Origin: an uncultured cyanobacterium
GTDB lineage: Bacteria; Cyanobacteriota; Cyanobacteriia; Leptolyngbyales; Leptolyngbyaceae
Direction of reading: 5' to 3'
Length of the DNA stretch: 19,997 nucleotides
Assembly: GCA_963766075.1 (NCBI GenBank)
Contig: CAVYAN010000004.1
Location: forward strand, 1 to 19,997
The notes under the pieces were generated by a model that worked only from the letters and a program-made list of their open reading frames with translations, was not told the DNA's origin and made no database searches. Shown here piece by piece: positions 1 through 8,319 of this stretch. Both the position numbers and the translations under genes were made by a program. The first letter of the stretch is position 1; each line of letters opens with the position of its first letter.

Positions 1-75
1 TCCCCGGATGCCACAGATTGCTGCGGGTAATTTAGCGTAATATATGAATTAACATGATCAACCCTAATAGCCAAA

Positions 76-1656
76 ATGTCAGAACAGCAAATCCCTATGC
101 CTCCCCACAAACAGAGAATCTCTAAAAATAGGATCAGCAAATTCTCAAAAAAATGGCGGTTTTGGCTACTATCGGTTGTTACGTCAATCTTGCTATTACT
201 ATGGGCCCATAGAGCCACCGCCCAGGATTTGGTTCAAAAAGGTTTTACCGATATCGGGACAATTTGGCTGGTCATTTCTGCAGCTCTAGTTTTCTTTATG
301 AATGCTGGATTTGCTATGTTAGAAACCGGATTTTGTAGAACCAATAATGCAATCAACGTTTTGGCTAAAAATTTAATTGTTTTTTGCATTGCGACGGTTG
401 CATTCTGGCTTTTTGGATTCAGATTCATGTTTGGCGATAGCATTGCCGAGACTTTTAGCCAAGCAGGTTTTTTGCTTGACCTCCCCTTCCCTTCTACGAA
501 TAATTTAAATCCCTTTCCTGCGGGATTTGAAAAATTAAGAGCGGCTTGGCCCGGGCGTTCTTTTGCCGCAGTATTCTTCTTTCAGTTGGTATTTGCAGGT
601 ACGACGGCAACCATCGTTTCTGGCGCTGTAGCTGAACGGATTAAGTTTTGGGCATTCATACTATTCAGCTTTGCTCTGGTTGGATTTGTTTATCCTTTAG
701 TTGGCCAGTGGATTTGGGGCGGTGGATGGCTATTTTCTGATCCGATAAGATTTAGAGACTTTGCTGGATCAACGGTTGTTCATTCTGTCGGTGGAATATC
801 TGCTCTCGTCGGGGCTTGGCTACTAAAACCAAGAAAAGGTCGATTTGGGTATGACCCAACGGACGATAGCTTTTCCATAGAGGAAGATCCGGATGATTTC
901 AGGGCCTATAACTTGGGACTAGCCACCCTGGGCTGTTTCATCCTCTGGCTAGGGTGGTTTGGGTTTAATGGTGGGTCAACAACTCGGTTAGACTACGTAC
1001 CACACATTGTTGCTACGACGCTATTTGCGGCGTCCATTGGTGGGGTGGCAGTTGTTCTGTTAAGCCCAGCTTTAACGGCGCAGAAAGTTAGTCTTTCTTC
1101 AATAATTAATGGGATCTTGGGGGGGTTGGTTGGAATTACCGCGTCTTCGGCCTATGTGGATATTGTGAATGCAGGAATTATTGGAGCCGTGAGTGGGGTT
1201 CTGGTTTTGGTCGGAGAAAGCCTGCTGAAATTCCTTAAAATCGACGATCCGGTCGGTGCTGTTCCTGTCCACCTATTCTGTGGCGGTTGGGGGACTTTGT
1301 CTGTAGGATTTTTTGCCAGCACGAATTCAGAAGAATATAAGCTGGAGGGGTACGATCGACTGACACAGATTTTCTATCAATTTTTGGGTTGGAGTAGTGT
1401 AATCGTTGTTGTTGGACTATGCAGTCTATTGGCTTGGCTATCAATTGGTGTCTTTTTGTACTATCTAGAAAAGAGGTCGAAGACGTTTGATGGCGAAGAA
1501 ATGATGGGGATAGATGATCGGTTTGAGCAACATCGCCTTGAGCAAAACTATGGTCCATTGGGATGGATAACTAATTTGTTTCACATTGGTAGGCATGGGA
1601 TCAGGGTTTCTTTGGCAAGAGAAGAAGAAGGAAGTGACGAAACCATCGTGGCCTAA
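76..1656 (+). CDS. amt: Ammonium transporter (Amt/Mep family)
   Basis: 526 aa with many hydrophobic segments. Amt motifs include FMNAGFAMLETG, FFQLVFAGTTATIVSGAVAER, DFAGSTVVHSVGG, LWLGWFGFNGGS, NGILGGLVGITA and DDPVGAVPVH. Both pore histidines are present. Confidence 0.97.
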   Translation: MSEQQIPMPPHKQRISKNRISKFSKKWRFWLLSVVTSILLLLWAHRATAQDLVQKGFTDIGTIWLVISAALVFFMNAGFAMLETGFCRTNNAINVLAKNLIVFCIATVAFWLFGFRFMFGDSIAETFSQAGFLLDLPFPSTNNLNPFPAGFEKLRAAWPGRSFAAVFFFQLVFAGTTATIVSGAVAERIKFWAFILFSFALVGFVYPLVGQWIWGGGWLFSDPIRFRDFAGSTVVHSVGGISALVGAWLLKPRKGRFGYDPTDDSFSIEEDPDDFRAYNLGLATLGCFILWLGWFGFNGGSTTRLDYVPHIVATTLFAASIGGVAVVLLSPALTAQKVSLSSIINGILGGLVGITASSAYVDIVNAGIIGAVSGVLVLVGESLLKFLKIDDPVGAVPVHLFCGGWGTLSVGFFASTNSEEYKLEGYDRLTQIFYQFLGWSSVIVVVGLCSLLAWLSIGVFLYYLEKRSKTFDGEEMMGIDDRFEQHRLEQNYGPLGWITNLFHIGRHGIRVSLAREEEGSDETIVA

Positions 1657-1733
1657 TTCACCATTACTGAACTGTTGTTTGAGGCGATTTCTGACAAATA
1701 ATAGACCTTGCTGGCTACCCTTTGGGAAGCGAA

Positions 1734-1796
1734 CTACGGCTCCGCTCAGCCAGCGTCTCTTCGATTGCTCCCTGAGCGAAGTCGAAGGGAGCAATC
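1734..1796. repeat. REP-like palindromic element, copy 1 (between convergent genes; possible terminator role)
   Basis: Perfect 11-bp stem GATTGCTCCCT (1763-1773)/AGGGAGCAATC (1786-1796). Alternative imperfect stem CTACGGCTCCGCTCAG (1734-1749)/CTGAGCGAAGTCGAAG (1772-1787). The core 1767-1792 matches 4084-4109 at 25/26. Confidence 0.8.
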
Positions 1797-1825
1797 TTGG
1801 CCAGTTAATTTCTTCTAAAACCCGC

Positions 1826-3478
1826 CTAATTGAGAGGAATATCTTTTGCTGCGGGGCAGGTTTGGCCCGCAGATTTCAAAACATTCAAATAGTTGGCGAT
1901 GAACTTCTTAAACTCTGGCTGTTGTTCGCTACTGTACCAAGCGTTGAGTTGAGAACGGGCTGTTATGAAGTAATCAGAGTTGCTTTCAGAGACTTTACAG
2001 AGCCGTCGTACTCCTTCATTAAAATTACTCTCGACGCCATTATTCCCTTTAGCTTTGCCCATACCCGTTACGTAAAACAGCTCGTCTAATTTAGACTGAC
2101 AGTCTTGAGGAAAACGTTGCTTTTCCTGTTCTTTGCGTTGCACTAATTGATTCAACTGACTTTCTTGATCGGCTGCATTACTTGTGCATAGATTAGATTC
2201 GTCTGGACCAACAGTCGTAGTTTTTGAAATTGATGAGGGCGATGGAGTAACCGTTGCCTTCGGAAGAAATGCGTATACGACGGCAAAAATAGGAATGAGT
2301 AAAAGTACTCCCAAGGACCATAGTCTCGTAGATTGAGCCACCTGGCTGTCATTGATCCGAGGAGGTGGCCGATCCGTGATGGTTGGGTTGGGGCTGGGCG
2401 GTAGGTTGCGTGACGCCCACTCTAGATTGAAAATAGCTGCATAAATATTGTTGGCTATTTTTAGGCTTCCCAGCTCTGCTTTTACCAATCCGGATTCTAG
2501 TAATGTGTGTTGGTATGGATCACTATCATCTTTTAGTAGTTTGCCTTGTTGCAGTATTTTTGTATATAGATTCAAAAGGCTAGGACTTTCCTTTTTGCCC
2601 AGAATCGATTGCTGAACGTGTTCTAGGTGGTTGGAGGCCGTTTTGTTTTGCCAATCGTTAATAATTTCGTCTTGTACAAGCTGAGTTACTAGAGGTTCTT
2701 CCTGCCCTGGAGGGATAGGCGAGGGGTGTTCGAGAATTAGCTTGCAAAGGGCATCGGTCAGGAATGGTTGATTATCGGTCCATTTCTGAACGTTCTCAAT
2801 GAGGATGGCAGGATTATCAGTTTTTTGAGTGATTTGTGTTTTGAACTCTGATAGAAGCCCAGAGGCAGCTTGATCGGGTTCTAGCTCCGGTATGTGTGGA
2901 TCAAGCGATGTTGTTTCTGATTGACTAGCCCGGGCACTATCGGCATGGGTTGGATCAGCATGGATTGGGTCAGTATGGATTGGATCACTATCGACAGGTG
3001 TACCCAAGGATTGCATACGTTGGCGTAACGCATTAAGTTTTAACTGGACGTCTGTCTCCCCTAATGCCTGTCCCTGATCAGGTGGATTTTGACTCGATAT
3101 TTGACTCGATAAAGGTTGCTCATGCAGAGTGATCGGGGGAATTGCTGGAGCGATCGCACTATTGTCTCCGAGAAGAGCATTTTGTTCATTCTGTAAACGC
3201 TTGATATCATGTCTAAGTTGAGAGAGGTGCTCACTTGCCTCTACCTTTAAGGATTCCTGCTGGATGCTGGCTACCTGCTGAACGAACAGCTCATGCTCCT
3301 CAGAAAGTTCCTCAAGCTGGCTTTTCAAGCCTTTTATCAGTTCTTTCCATCGAGACTCAGCGGCTGGCGATCCGATTGCGAGTCGCAATTCCTTTTCATA
3401 TTGCTTCTGAAACTCTCGTATATTAGTGATACGTGCCCTTAACGTATTAAGTTTGTGTTGGAAAAATGTAGAGTCCAT
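1826..3478 (-). CDS. Bitopic membrane protein: N-terminal coiled coil, AAA_35-associated helical domain without P-loop, TM helix, Cys-containing C-terminal domain
   Basis: 550-aa ORF. The segment WTDNQPFLTDALCKLI...LLNLYTKILQQG...LLESGLV...IYAAIFNLEW aligns by eye with WTGGQPFLTQKLCQLV...LLGLYQQLLAQG...LQLSGLV...IYSAIFTPAW of ORF 5502-7031. The TM is LWSLGVLLLIPIFAVVYAFL, followed by four Cys. Confidence 0.8.
   Translation of the reverse strand: MDSTFFQHKLNTLRARITNIREFQKQYEKELRLAIGSPAAESRWKELIKGLKSQLEELSEEHELFVQQVASIQQESLKVEASEHLSQLRHDIKRLQNEQNALLGDNSAIAPAIPPITLHEQPLSSQISSQNPPDQGQALGETDVQLKLNALRQRMQSLGTPVDSDPIHTDPIHADPTHADSARASQSETTSLDPHIPELEPDQAASGLLSEFKTQITQKTDNPAILIENVQKWTDNQPFLTDALCKLILEHPSPIPPGQEEPLVTQLVQDEIINDWQNKTASNHLEHVQQSILGKKESPSLLNLYTKILQQGKLLKDDSDPYQHTLLESGLVKAELGSLKIANNIYAAIFNLEWASRNLPPSPNPTITDRPPPRINDSQVAQSTRLWSLGVLLLIPIFAVVYAFLPKATVTPSPSSISKTTTVGPDESNLCTSNAADQESQLNQLVQRKEQEKQRFPQDCQSKLDELFYVTGMGKAKGNNGVESNFNEGVRRLCKVSESNSDYFITARSQLNAWYSSEQQPEFKKFIANYLNVLKSAGQTCPAAKDIPLN
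2942..2986. repeat. In-frame 15-bp tandem repeat x3 (DPIHT/DPIHA/DPTHA)
   Basis: GGCATGGGTTGGATC, AGCATGGATTGGGTC, AGTATGGATTGGATC. A 12-bp duplication TTTGACTCGATA also lies at 3088-3111. Confidence 0.85.
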
Positions 3479-4052
3479 AGCAGCTTATGAAAGAATCAGC
3501 ACGGCTAATCAAGAATGATCACGTAGCATCAGCGTGTTGCTTGGCTGGCCGCTCAGGGTAATCGTGCCCAAAAAGTATCTCGCCAAGCTGAGTGTTTCGT
3601 AGATAATCACTATATCAAAGCGTAGCGAAGGAAAGAGAATTAAACAAGTTCCAGATTTGTCGTCGGGGTGGTGAGTGGAGCCATGCCATAGGTCGCAACG
3701 TTCGGCTGCAAGGCTGCTGAGACTGTGACCGTAGAAATTTGCCGTGGGGTTACGTTTTGCTCCTGCGGGCTAAATCATAAAGATTGCTACATCTGTCTCT
3801 AATTCGTACAGATATATAGCTATTTATACAGATATACGGGATAAGTTGTGATCTTATGGCCAAATCTGAGTGCTCATCAGGTTGAATGTCATATTGAACG
3901 TCACAGATGAACGTTTCTAGGGATGATTGAAAGTATTCTCTATCCAACCGATCTAATCCAAGAGGCCGGACAGGGTTTTTAACGCCCCTCTAAACCTTTT
4001 GCGTGTCTAGGTTGGTAACGCTGAAGTTAAAGCATTGTCACGTAATCACATC

Positions 4053-4137
4053 AAGATATAGCTCCCTGGGCGGAGAAGATATAGCTCCCTGAGCGGAGTC
4101 GAAGGGAGCGGTCAGTAGTTTGCTTCGACTCCGCTCA
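4053..4137. repeat. REP-like palindromic element, copy 2, with 23-bp tandem duplication
   Basis: AAGATATAGCTCCCTG(G/A)GCGGAG occurs twice (4053-4075, 4076-4098). Perfect 15-bp inverted repeat TGAGCGGAGTCGAAG (4090-4104)/CTTCGACTCCGCTCA (4123-4137). Confidence 0.85.
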
Positions 4138-4292
4138 ACGAACTGAAAACTGTGAACTGATTGTTTGACAAGGCCGAAGTCTTTCTTGAAGCCAAGTCCC
4201 TCAAAGCTACAACTGGCCAGGGAGTGGAGGTTCTGGGCAGATTGGTCTAGGATAGCTGTGGAACTCGTCTTGACCTCTGGAACAAATTTTTT

Positions 4293-5474
4293 ATGCTGTA
4301 TCGACGTTTTGGGCGTACCGAGTTAGCAATGCCGGTGTTTTCCTGCGGAGGAATGCGGTATCAGCACAGGTGGCAAGATCTGCCGATGTCAGATGTGCCC
4401 GCGGATAATCAGGCCAATTTGGAGGCGACGATTCGGCGATCGCTGGAGTTGGGGATTAACCACATTGAGACGGCCCGGGGCTACGGGAGTTCTGAGATGC
4501 AACTGGGACAGATCCTGCCGAAGTTGCCCCGCGATCGCCTGATTGTGCAAACGAAAGTCTCCCCAACGGCGGATTCCCAGGAATTTAGGAGAACTGTTGA
4601 ACAGTCCTTGCAGTATTTGCAGCTTGATTATGTTGACCTGCTGGGCATTCATGGTGTGAATACGCCAGAACTGTTGGATCAAACCCTGCGACCCGGTGGC
4701 TGTCTGGATGTGGCACGGCAACTTCAGGCCCAGGGCAAGGTCCGGTTTATTGGTTTTTCCACCCATGGCCCCACAGACGTGATTGTCGAGGCCATTGAAA
4801 CCAATCAATTCGATTACGTGAATTTGCATTGGTATTATATTTATCAAGCGAACTGGCGGGCGATTGAGGCGGCTAATCGCCATGACATGGGGGTTTTTAT
4901 TATTAGTCCATCGAACAAGGGGGGACTGTTATATGAACCGTCACCCCGATTGATAGAACTGTGTGCGCCATTGAGTCCAATGGTGTTCAATGATCTATTT
5001 TGTCTGAGTCACTCGCAGGTGCATACGTTAAGTATTGGTGCGGCGCGACCCGGTGATTTTGATGAACATCTAAAGGTGCTGGAGTTTGTGGAACAGTCTG
5101 ATCAGGTCCTTCCCCAGATTTTGGCACGGTTGGAAAAGGCGGCTGTGGAGCGGTTGGGTGAGGAGTGGTATAAGACCTGGCATATTGGCTTGCCCAGTCC
5201 TGAGGATACCCCAGGGCGATTGAATATTCCGATCATTCTATGGTTGCGGAATTTGGCGATCGCCTACGACATGGTGGACTTCGCGAAGATGCGGTACAAC
5301 CTCCTAGGTCAGGCCAGTCACTGGTTTCCGGGAGCCCGTGCCGAGACGTTTCATCCGGATGACTTATGGGACTGTTTGCACCGCAGTCCCCATCGCGATC
5401 GCATTCCAGAACTGCTGATGGAGGCTCATCAATTGCTGGGTGGGGAGACGGTAAAACGGCTTTCCCAGCAATAG
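4293..5474 (+). CDS. Aldo/keto reductase family oxidoreductase
   Basis: MLYRRFGRTELAMPVFSCGGMR start, GINHIETARGYG, QTKV, SLQYLQLDYVDLLGIHG and GKVRFIGFSTHG motifs. Confidence 0.93.
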   Translation: MLYRRFGRTELAMPVFSCGGMRYQHRWQDLPMSDVPADNQANLEATIRRSLELGINHIETARGYGSSEMQLGQILPKLPRDRLIVQTKVSPTADSQEFRRTVEQSLQYLQLDYVDLLGIHGVNTPELLDQTLRPGGCLDVARQLQAQGKVRFIGFSTHGPTDVIVEAIETNQFDYVNLHWYYIYQANWRAIEAANRHDMGVFIISPSNKGGLLYEPSPRLIELCAPLSPMVFNDLFCLSHSQVHTLSIGAARPGDFDEHLKVLEFVEQSDQVLPQILARLEKAAVERLGEEWYKTWHIGLPSPEDTPGRLNIPIILWLRNLAIAYDMVDFAKMRYNLLGQASHWFPGARAETFHPDDLWDCLHRSPHRDRIPELLMEAHQLLGGETVKRLSQQ

Positions 5475-5501
5475 ATCGCAATAGACTCACGCCCCAGCCT
5501 T

Positions 5502-7031
5502 CTAGGCCATTAGACGGAAGACGAGGCAAACTCCCAAAGCCAAACTCAGGATGGCCAAAAGCTGCCGTTGGGATTGAACCTGACGCAGAGTGCGTCGGAG
5601 ATCCTGAACTTCCGTCTGCAAGGCGTTGATGAGAGGAATCTCGGGGGGACTGTCGGGTGGGGCGTGACGTTCTAGCTGTTGACTTGCGTTCAGAAATTGA
5701 TAGTCGGCATCGCTGAGGCTTTTGTTCTGGGACCAGAGCAGGGCGGATTGCAGAGCAGTGCCCCGGAGGAGTTGGGTTGGATCCTCTCCATTGGTGGCGA
5801 TCCAGGCATTGAAGGCGGGTGCATAGGGGCGAAGCTCGGCCAGTTGGTGGGCCACCCAGGCGGGTGTGAAAATAGCGCTGTAGATGGGATTTTTGGGGAT
5901 TAGGTGTCCTTTGACGGGGGCGACCAGGCCGGAAAGTTGAAGGTCAATTTGTTCAGGACTGTCATCAACGGGGAGGGTGCCTTGGGCTAGGAGTTGCTGG
6001 TAGAGTCCCAGCAGGCGGGGGGCCTGGTGTGCATTGCGCAGGAGGCAATCGCGGATGGTGCGCAGGTGTTCGGGCTGATCCTGGGCTTCCCACTGGTCCA
6101 GAATGTGCGATCGCACCAGTTGGTCTAGCCAGAAGGCTTCGGTGCCGGGTGGCAGGGTGAGGCTGCCTCTAGGGCTAGATTGGCTAGCGGATTCGACCAA
6201 TTGACAGAGCTTTTGGGTGAGAAACGGCTGTCCCCCGGTCCAGTGCAAAATTGCCCGCAAAATGGCAGGTGGATTGTTGACTTTGCCGATTAAGCCATCG
6301 GCGAGGGGGAGCGCCTCATGTTCTTGAAAGCCGTGGAGTTCAATGGTGCGCCCAATATTCAGAGAGGTACGCGAGGGTGGCAAGGTACGCGATGGCGGCA
6401 AGGTACGAGAGGGTGGCAAGGTACGAGAGGGCGGCGAAGCCGTGCTTCGAGGACTACGGATTAGATCCGTCGGGGTCGCAACGCCAAATAGCCCCCAGTT
6501 CAGACGATGATACGTGGGATTGTCGGCGCGTTTATCATAGCAGGCGCGGATCAGGGCAAAGAAATCATCAATGGAAAAATCGAGGGCCAGGGCGCTGTCA
6601 ATTTCGTCAATAAAAATGTAGATATTTTCGTTGACAAGCTCAACAAATAAGATGTCTTCAATAAAGATAACCAGTTGTTGAATCAGAGGCAGATTGCTAA
6701 CCTGTTGCCACCAGATTTTGAAATCAACTTGATTGTGAAGATTAAAGCTACGCAATAGGTCAAACATAATGCCTTTATACCACTGCTCTGGAGTGATGTT
6801 TTCACTACCAATTCCAGTCATATCCAGGGTGGCACAGTGCATTCCCAGTTGACGAAGGCGATGTTGCGTTCGGGCCCGCAGGCTGGATTTTCCCATCTGA
6901 CGGGCATCGAAAATATAGCAGAGTTCACCGGCCTTCAGGGCGGCGTAAAGCTCGAGGTCGGCTTGTCGGACAATATAACTGGGGGTCTCAGGCTTGAGGC
7001 TACCGCCAACTTGGTAACTATAGTTGCTCAT
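5502..7031 (-). CDS. AAA_35-type (STAND-like) P-loop NTPase with C-terminal coiled coil and membrane anchor
   Basis: YQVGGSL...YIVRQADLELY start, Walker A RQMGKSSL, Walker B IFIDEID, WTGGQPFLTQKLC and the LLRGTALQSALLW...DYQFLNASQ motif. It ends in a hydrophobic helix, LLAILSLALGVCLVF. Confidence 0.9.
   Translation of the reverse strand: MSNYSYQVGGSLKPETPSYIVRQADLELYAALKAGELCYIFDARQMGKSSLRARTQHRLRQLGMHCATLDMTGIGSENITPEQWYKGIMFDLLRSFNLHNQVDFKIWWQQVSNLPLIQQLVIFIEDILFVELVNENIYIFIDEIDSALALDFSIDDFFALIRACYDKRADNPTYHRLNWGLFGVATPTDLIRSPRSTASPPSRTLPPSRTLPPSRTLPPSRTSLNIGRTIELHGFQEHEALPLADGLIGKVNNPPAILRAILHWTGGQPFLTQKLCQLVESASQSSPRGSLTLPPGTEAFWLDQLVRSHILDQWEAQDQPEHLRTIRDCLLRNAHQAPRLLGLYQQLLAQGTLPVDDSPEQIDLQLSGLVAPVKGHLIPKNPIYSAIFTPAWVAHQLAELRPYAPAFNAWIATNGEDPTQLLRGTALQSALLWSQNKSLSDADYQFLNASQQLERHAPPDSPPEIPLINALQTEVQDLRRTLRQVQSQRQLLAILSLALGVCLVFRLMA
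6364..6435. repeat. In-frame 18-bp tandem repeat x4 encoding PPSRT(L/S)
   Basis: Four units of (A/G)AGGTACG(C/A)GA(G/T)GG(T/C)GGC starting at 6364, 6382, 6400 and 6418. Confidence 0.93.
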
Positions 7032-7060
7032 GGGTTAGGGAACAGGCATCCGGCTTTGAA

Positions 7061-8071
7061 TCAGGCTGAAACGGGGGCCAAAAGTTGGTGCAGCAGGAAG
7101 ACCAGAAGAAAGCGATCGCGGGTGTTAGAGCTGCGATCGCTGACGCAGGAATGTCTTTGAGCCGTGATGTCCTGGACGATGCCTTCATAGAACCGAAGGT
7201 TGCCTTGGGCATCTTTAACGGTGTGAGCATTTTCAGAGATCCACCGCGTACTGCCATCGGCGCAATAAATTTCTGATTCAAATTGGGTCAGGGTGGAATA
7301 CTGGTTGAGATAGGCACTATATTCGGCCCACCGCTGAGGGCGCACGTAGAGTGTCTCAGCGACATGATTGACCTGCTGCATCAGGGCGGTGGGGGTGCTG
7401 TAGCCATAGATTTGGGCGAGGGCCACGTTAGCGCTGAGGAAGCGGCCATCGGATGTGATTTGATAGGTCCCCACGCGGGCGCTATCCAAGAGGTTGTGAT
7501 AGCGGTCTTCGGTCTGTTGACGCAGCTCGATTTCGGACTGGAGGCGGAGGTTTTGGGCGATCAGACGACCTTGCAAATTGCGGATTTGGAGTTGATGTTC
7601 AATGCGACTCAGCACCTCTTCGATATGAAAGGGTTTCGTGACGTAGTCAACCCCTCCCAGGTTGAATGCTTTGACCTTGTCCAAAACCCCATCGACAGCC
7701 GTGATGAAGATAATGGGAATGGTGCAGGTGCGTGGGTCAGCTTTCAACCGTTCACAGACTTCATAACCGTCGATTCCTGGCATCATAATGTCGAGCAAGA
7801 TGAGGTCGGGCTGAATGTCGTAGGCGCGGTTGAGGGCTAGGCTGCCGCTGCTGGCGATAGATACTTCGTAGCCTTGTTGGCTGAGGGCCGTGGAGAGGAG
7901 GCGGAGCAGTTCAGCCGTGTCATCGACAATCAGGATGGTGGCCTTGGGGGGAGTTGAAATAGGCTTGAGCCCCAGCAACCGGAAGATTTCCTGCTCTGTG
8001 TTGTGTAGGGTGGGGCGGTGCTTGGCTCCCTGGCTACTGAGGGTTTGGTGCTGAAATACTAAATGTTCCAA
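7061..8071 (-). CDS. Response regulator with receiver and PAS/PAC domains, no output domain (start uncertain)
   Basis: REC motifs ILIVDD, PDLILLDIMMPGIDGYEVC, IIFITA and DYVTKPF. A coiled coil follows, then PAS motifs GRFLSANVALAQIYGY and WISENAHTVKDAQGNLRFYEGIVQDIT. The ORF starts at TTG. Confidence 0.88.
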   Translation of the reverse strand: MEHLVFQHQTLSSQGAKHRPTLHNTEQEIFRLLGLKPISTPPKATILIVDDTAELLRLLSTALSQQGYEVSIASSGSLALNRAYDIQPDLILLDIMMPGIDGYEVCERLKADPRTCTIPIIFITAVDGVLDKVKAFNLGGVDYVTKPFHIEEVLSRIEHQLQIRNLQGRLIAQNLRLQSEIELRQQTEDRYHNLLDSARVGTYQITSDGRFLSANVALAQIYGYSTPTALMQQVNHVAETLYVRPQRWAEYSAYLNQYSTLTQFESEIYCADGSTRWISENAHTVKDAQGNLRFYEGIVQDITAQRHSCVSDRSSNTRDRFLLVFLLHQLLAPVSA

Positions 8072-8319
8072 TTGCCGGGTTACATGAACTGTGGGCTGGG
8101 CATGGTCAGGCGAGGCCGGGGTGATAGGGGCTAGGGGCGTTGCGGCAGCGGCGTCCAGGGGGGGATGGGGATGAGGCGATCGAGATTGTGGTGCACCAAC
8201 TTACGCAGGTAAAACATTGTCATTGGCGGCAGATGCAATGCCTGGAGGAGGGGTAAGGCGTTAATCCCTAGGCCTTCATTGTGGATAAGCATATGCGGAC
8301 AAGTCCTGCTGGGCGAGTT

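Noticed and set aside
27..40. Possible NtcA site upstream of amt (GTA-N8-TAA)
   Set aside because: It mismatches GTA-N8-TAC and has no properly spaced TAN3T -10 box. The true promoter may lie outside the window.
1586..2089. 167-aa plus-strand ORF and the other short overlapping or antisense ORFs in the track
   Set aside because: They overlap well-supported genes or repeats and show no recognisable motifs, so they are probably shadow ORFs.
3690..3750. Possible riboswitch (GGTCGCA...TGTGACC stem; GGCAAA on the minus strand)
   Set aside because: It lacks the GAAA tetraloop and GCAAAG core of c-di-GMP-I riboswitches, and I recognise no other family.
4053..4137. CRISPR repeat or IS ends
   Set aside because: There are no spacers, no transposase and no evident target-site duplication. 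It is treated as a REP-like repeat.
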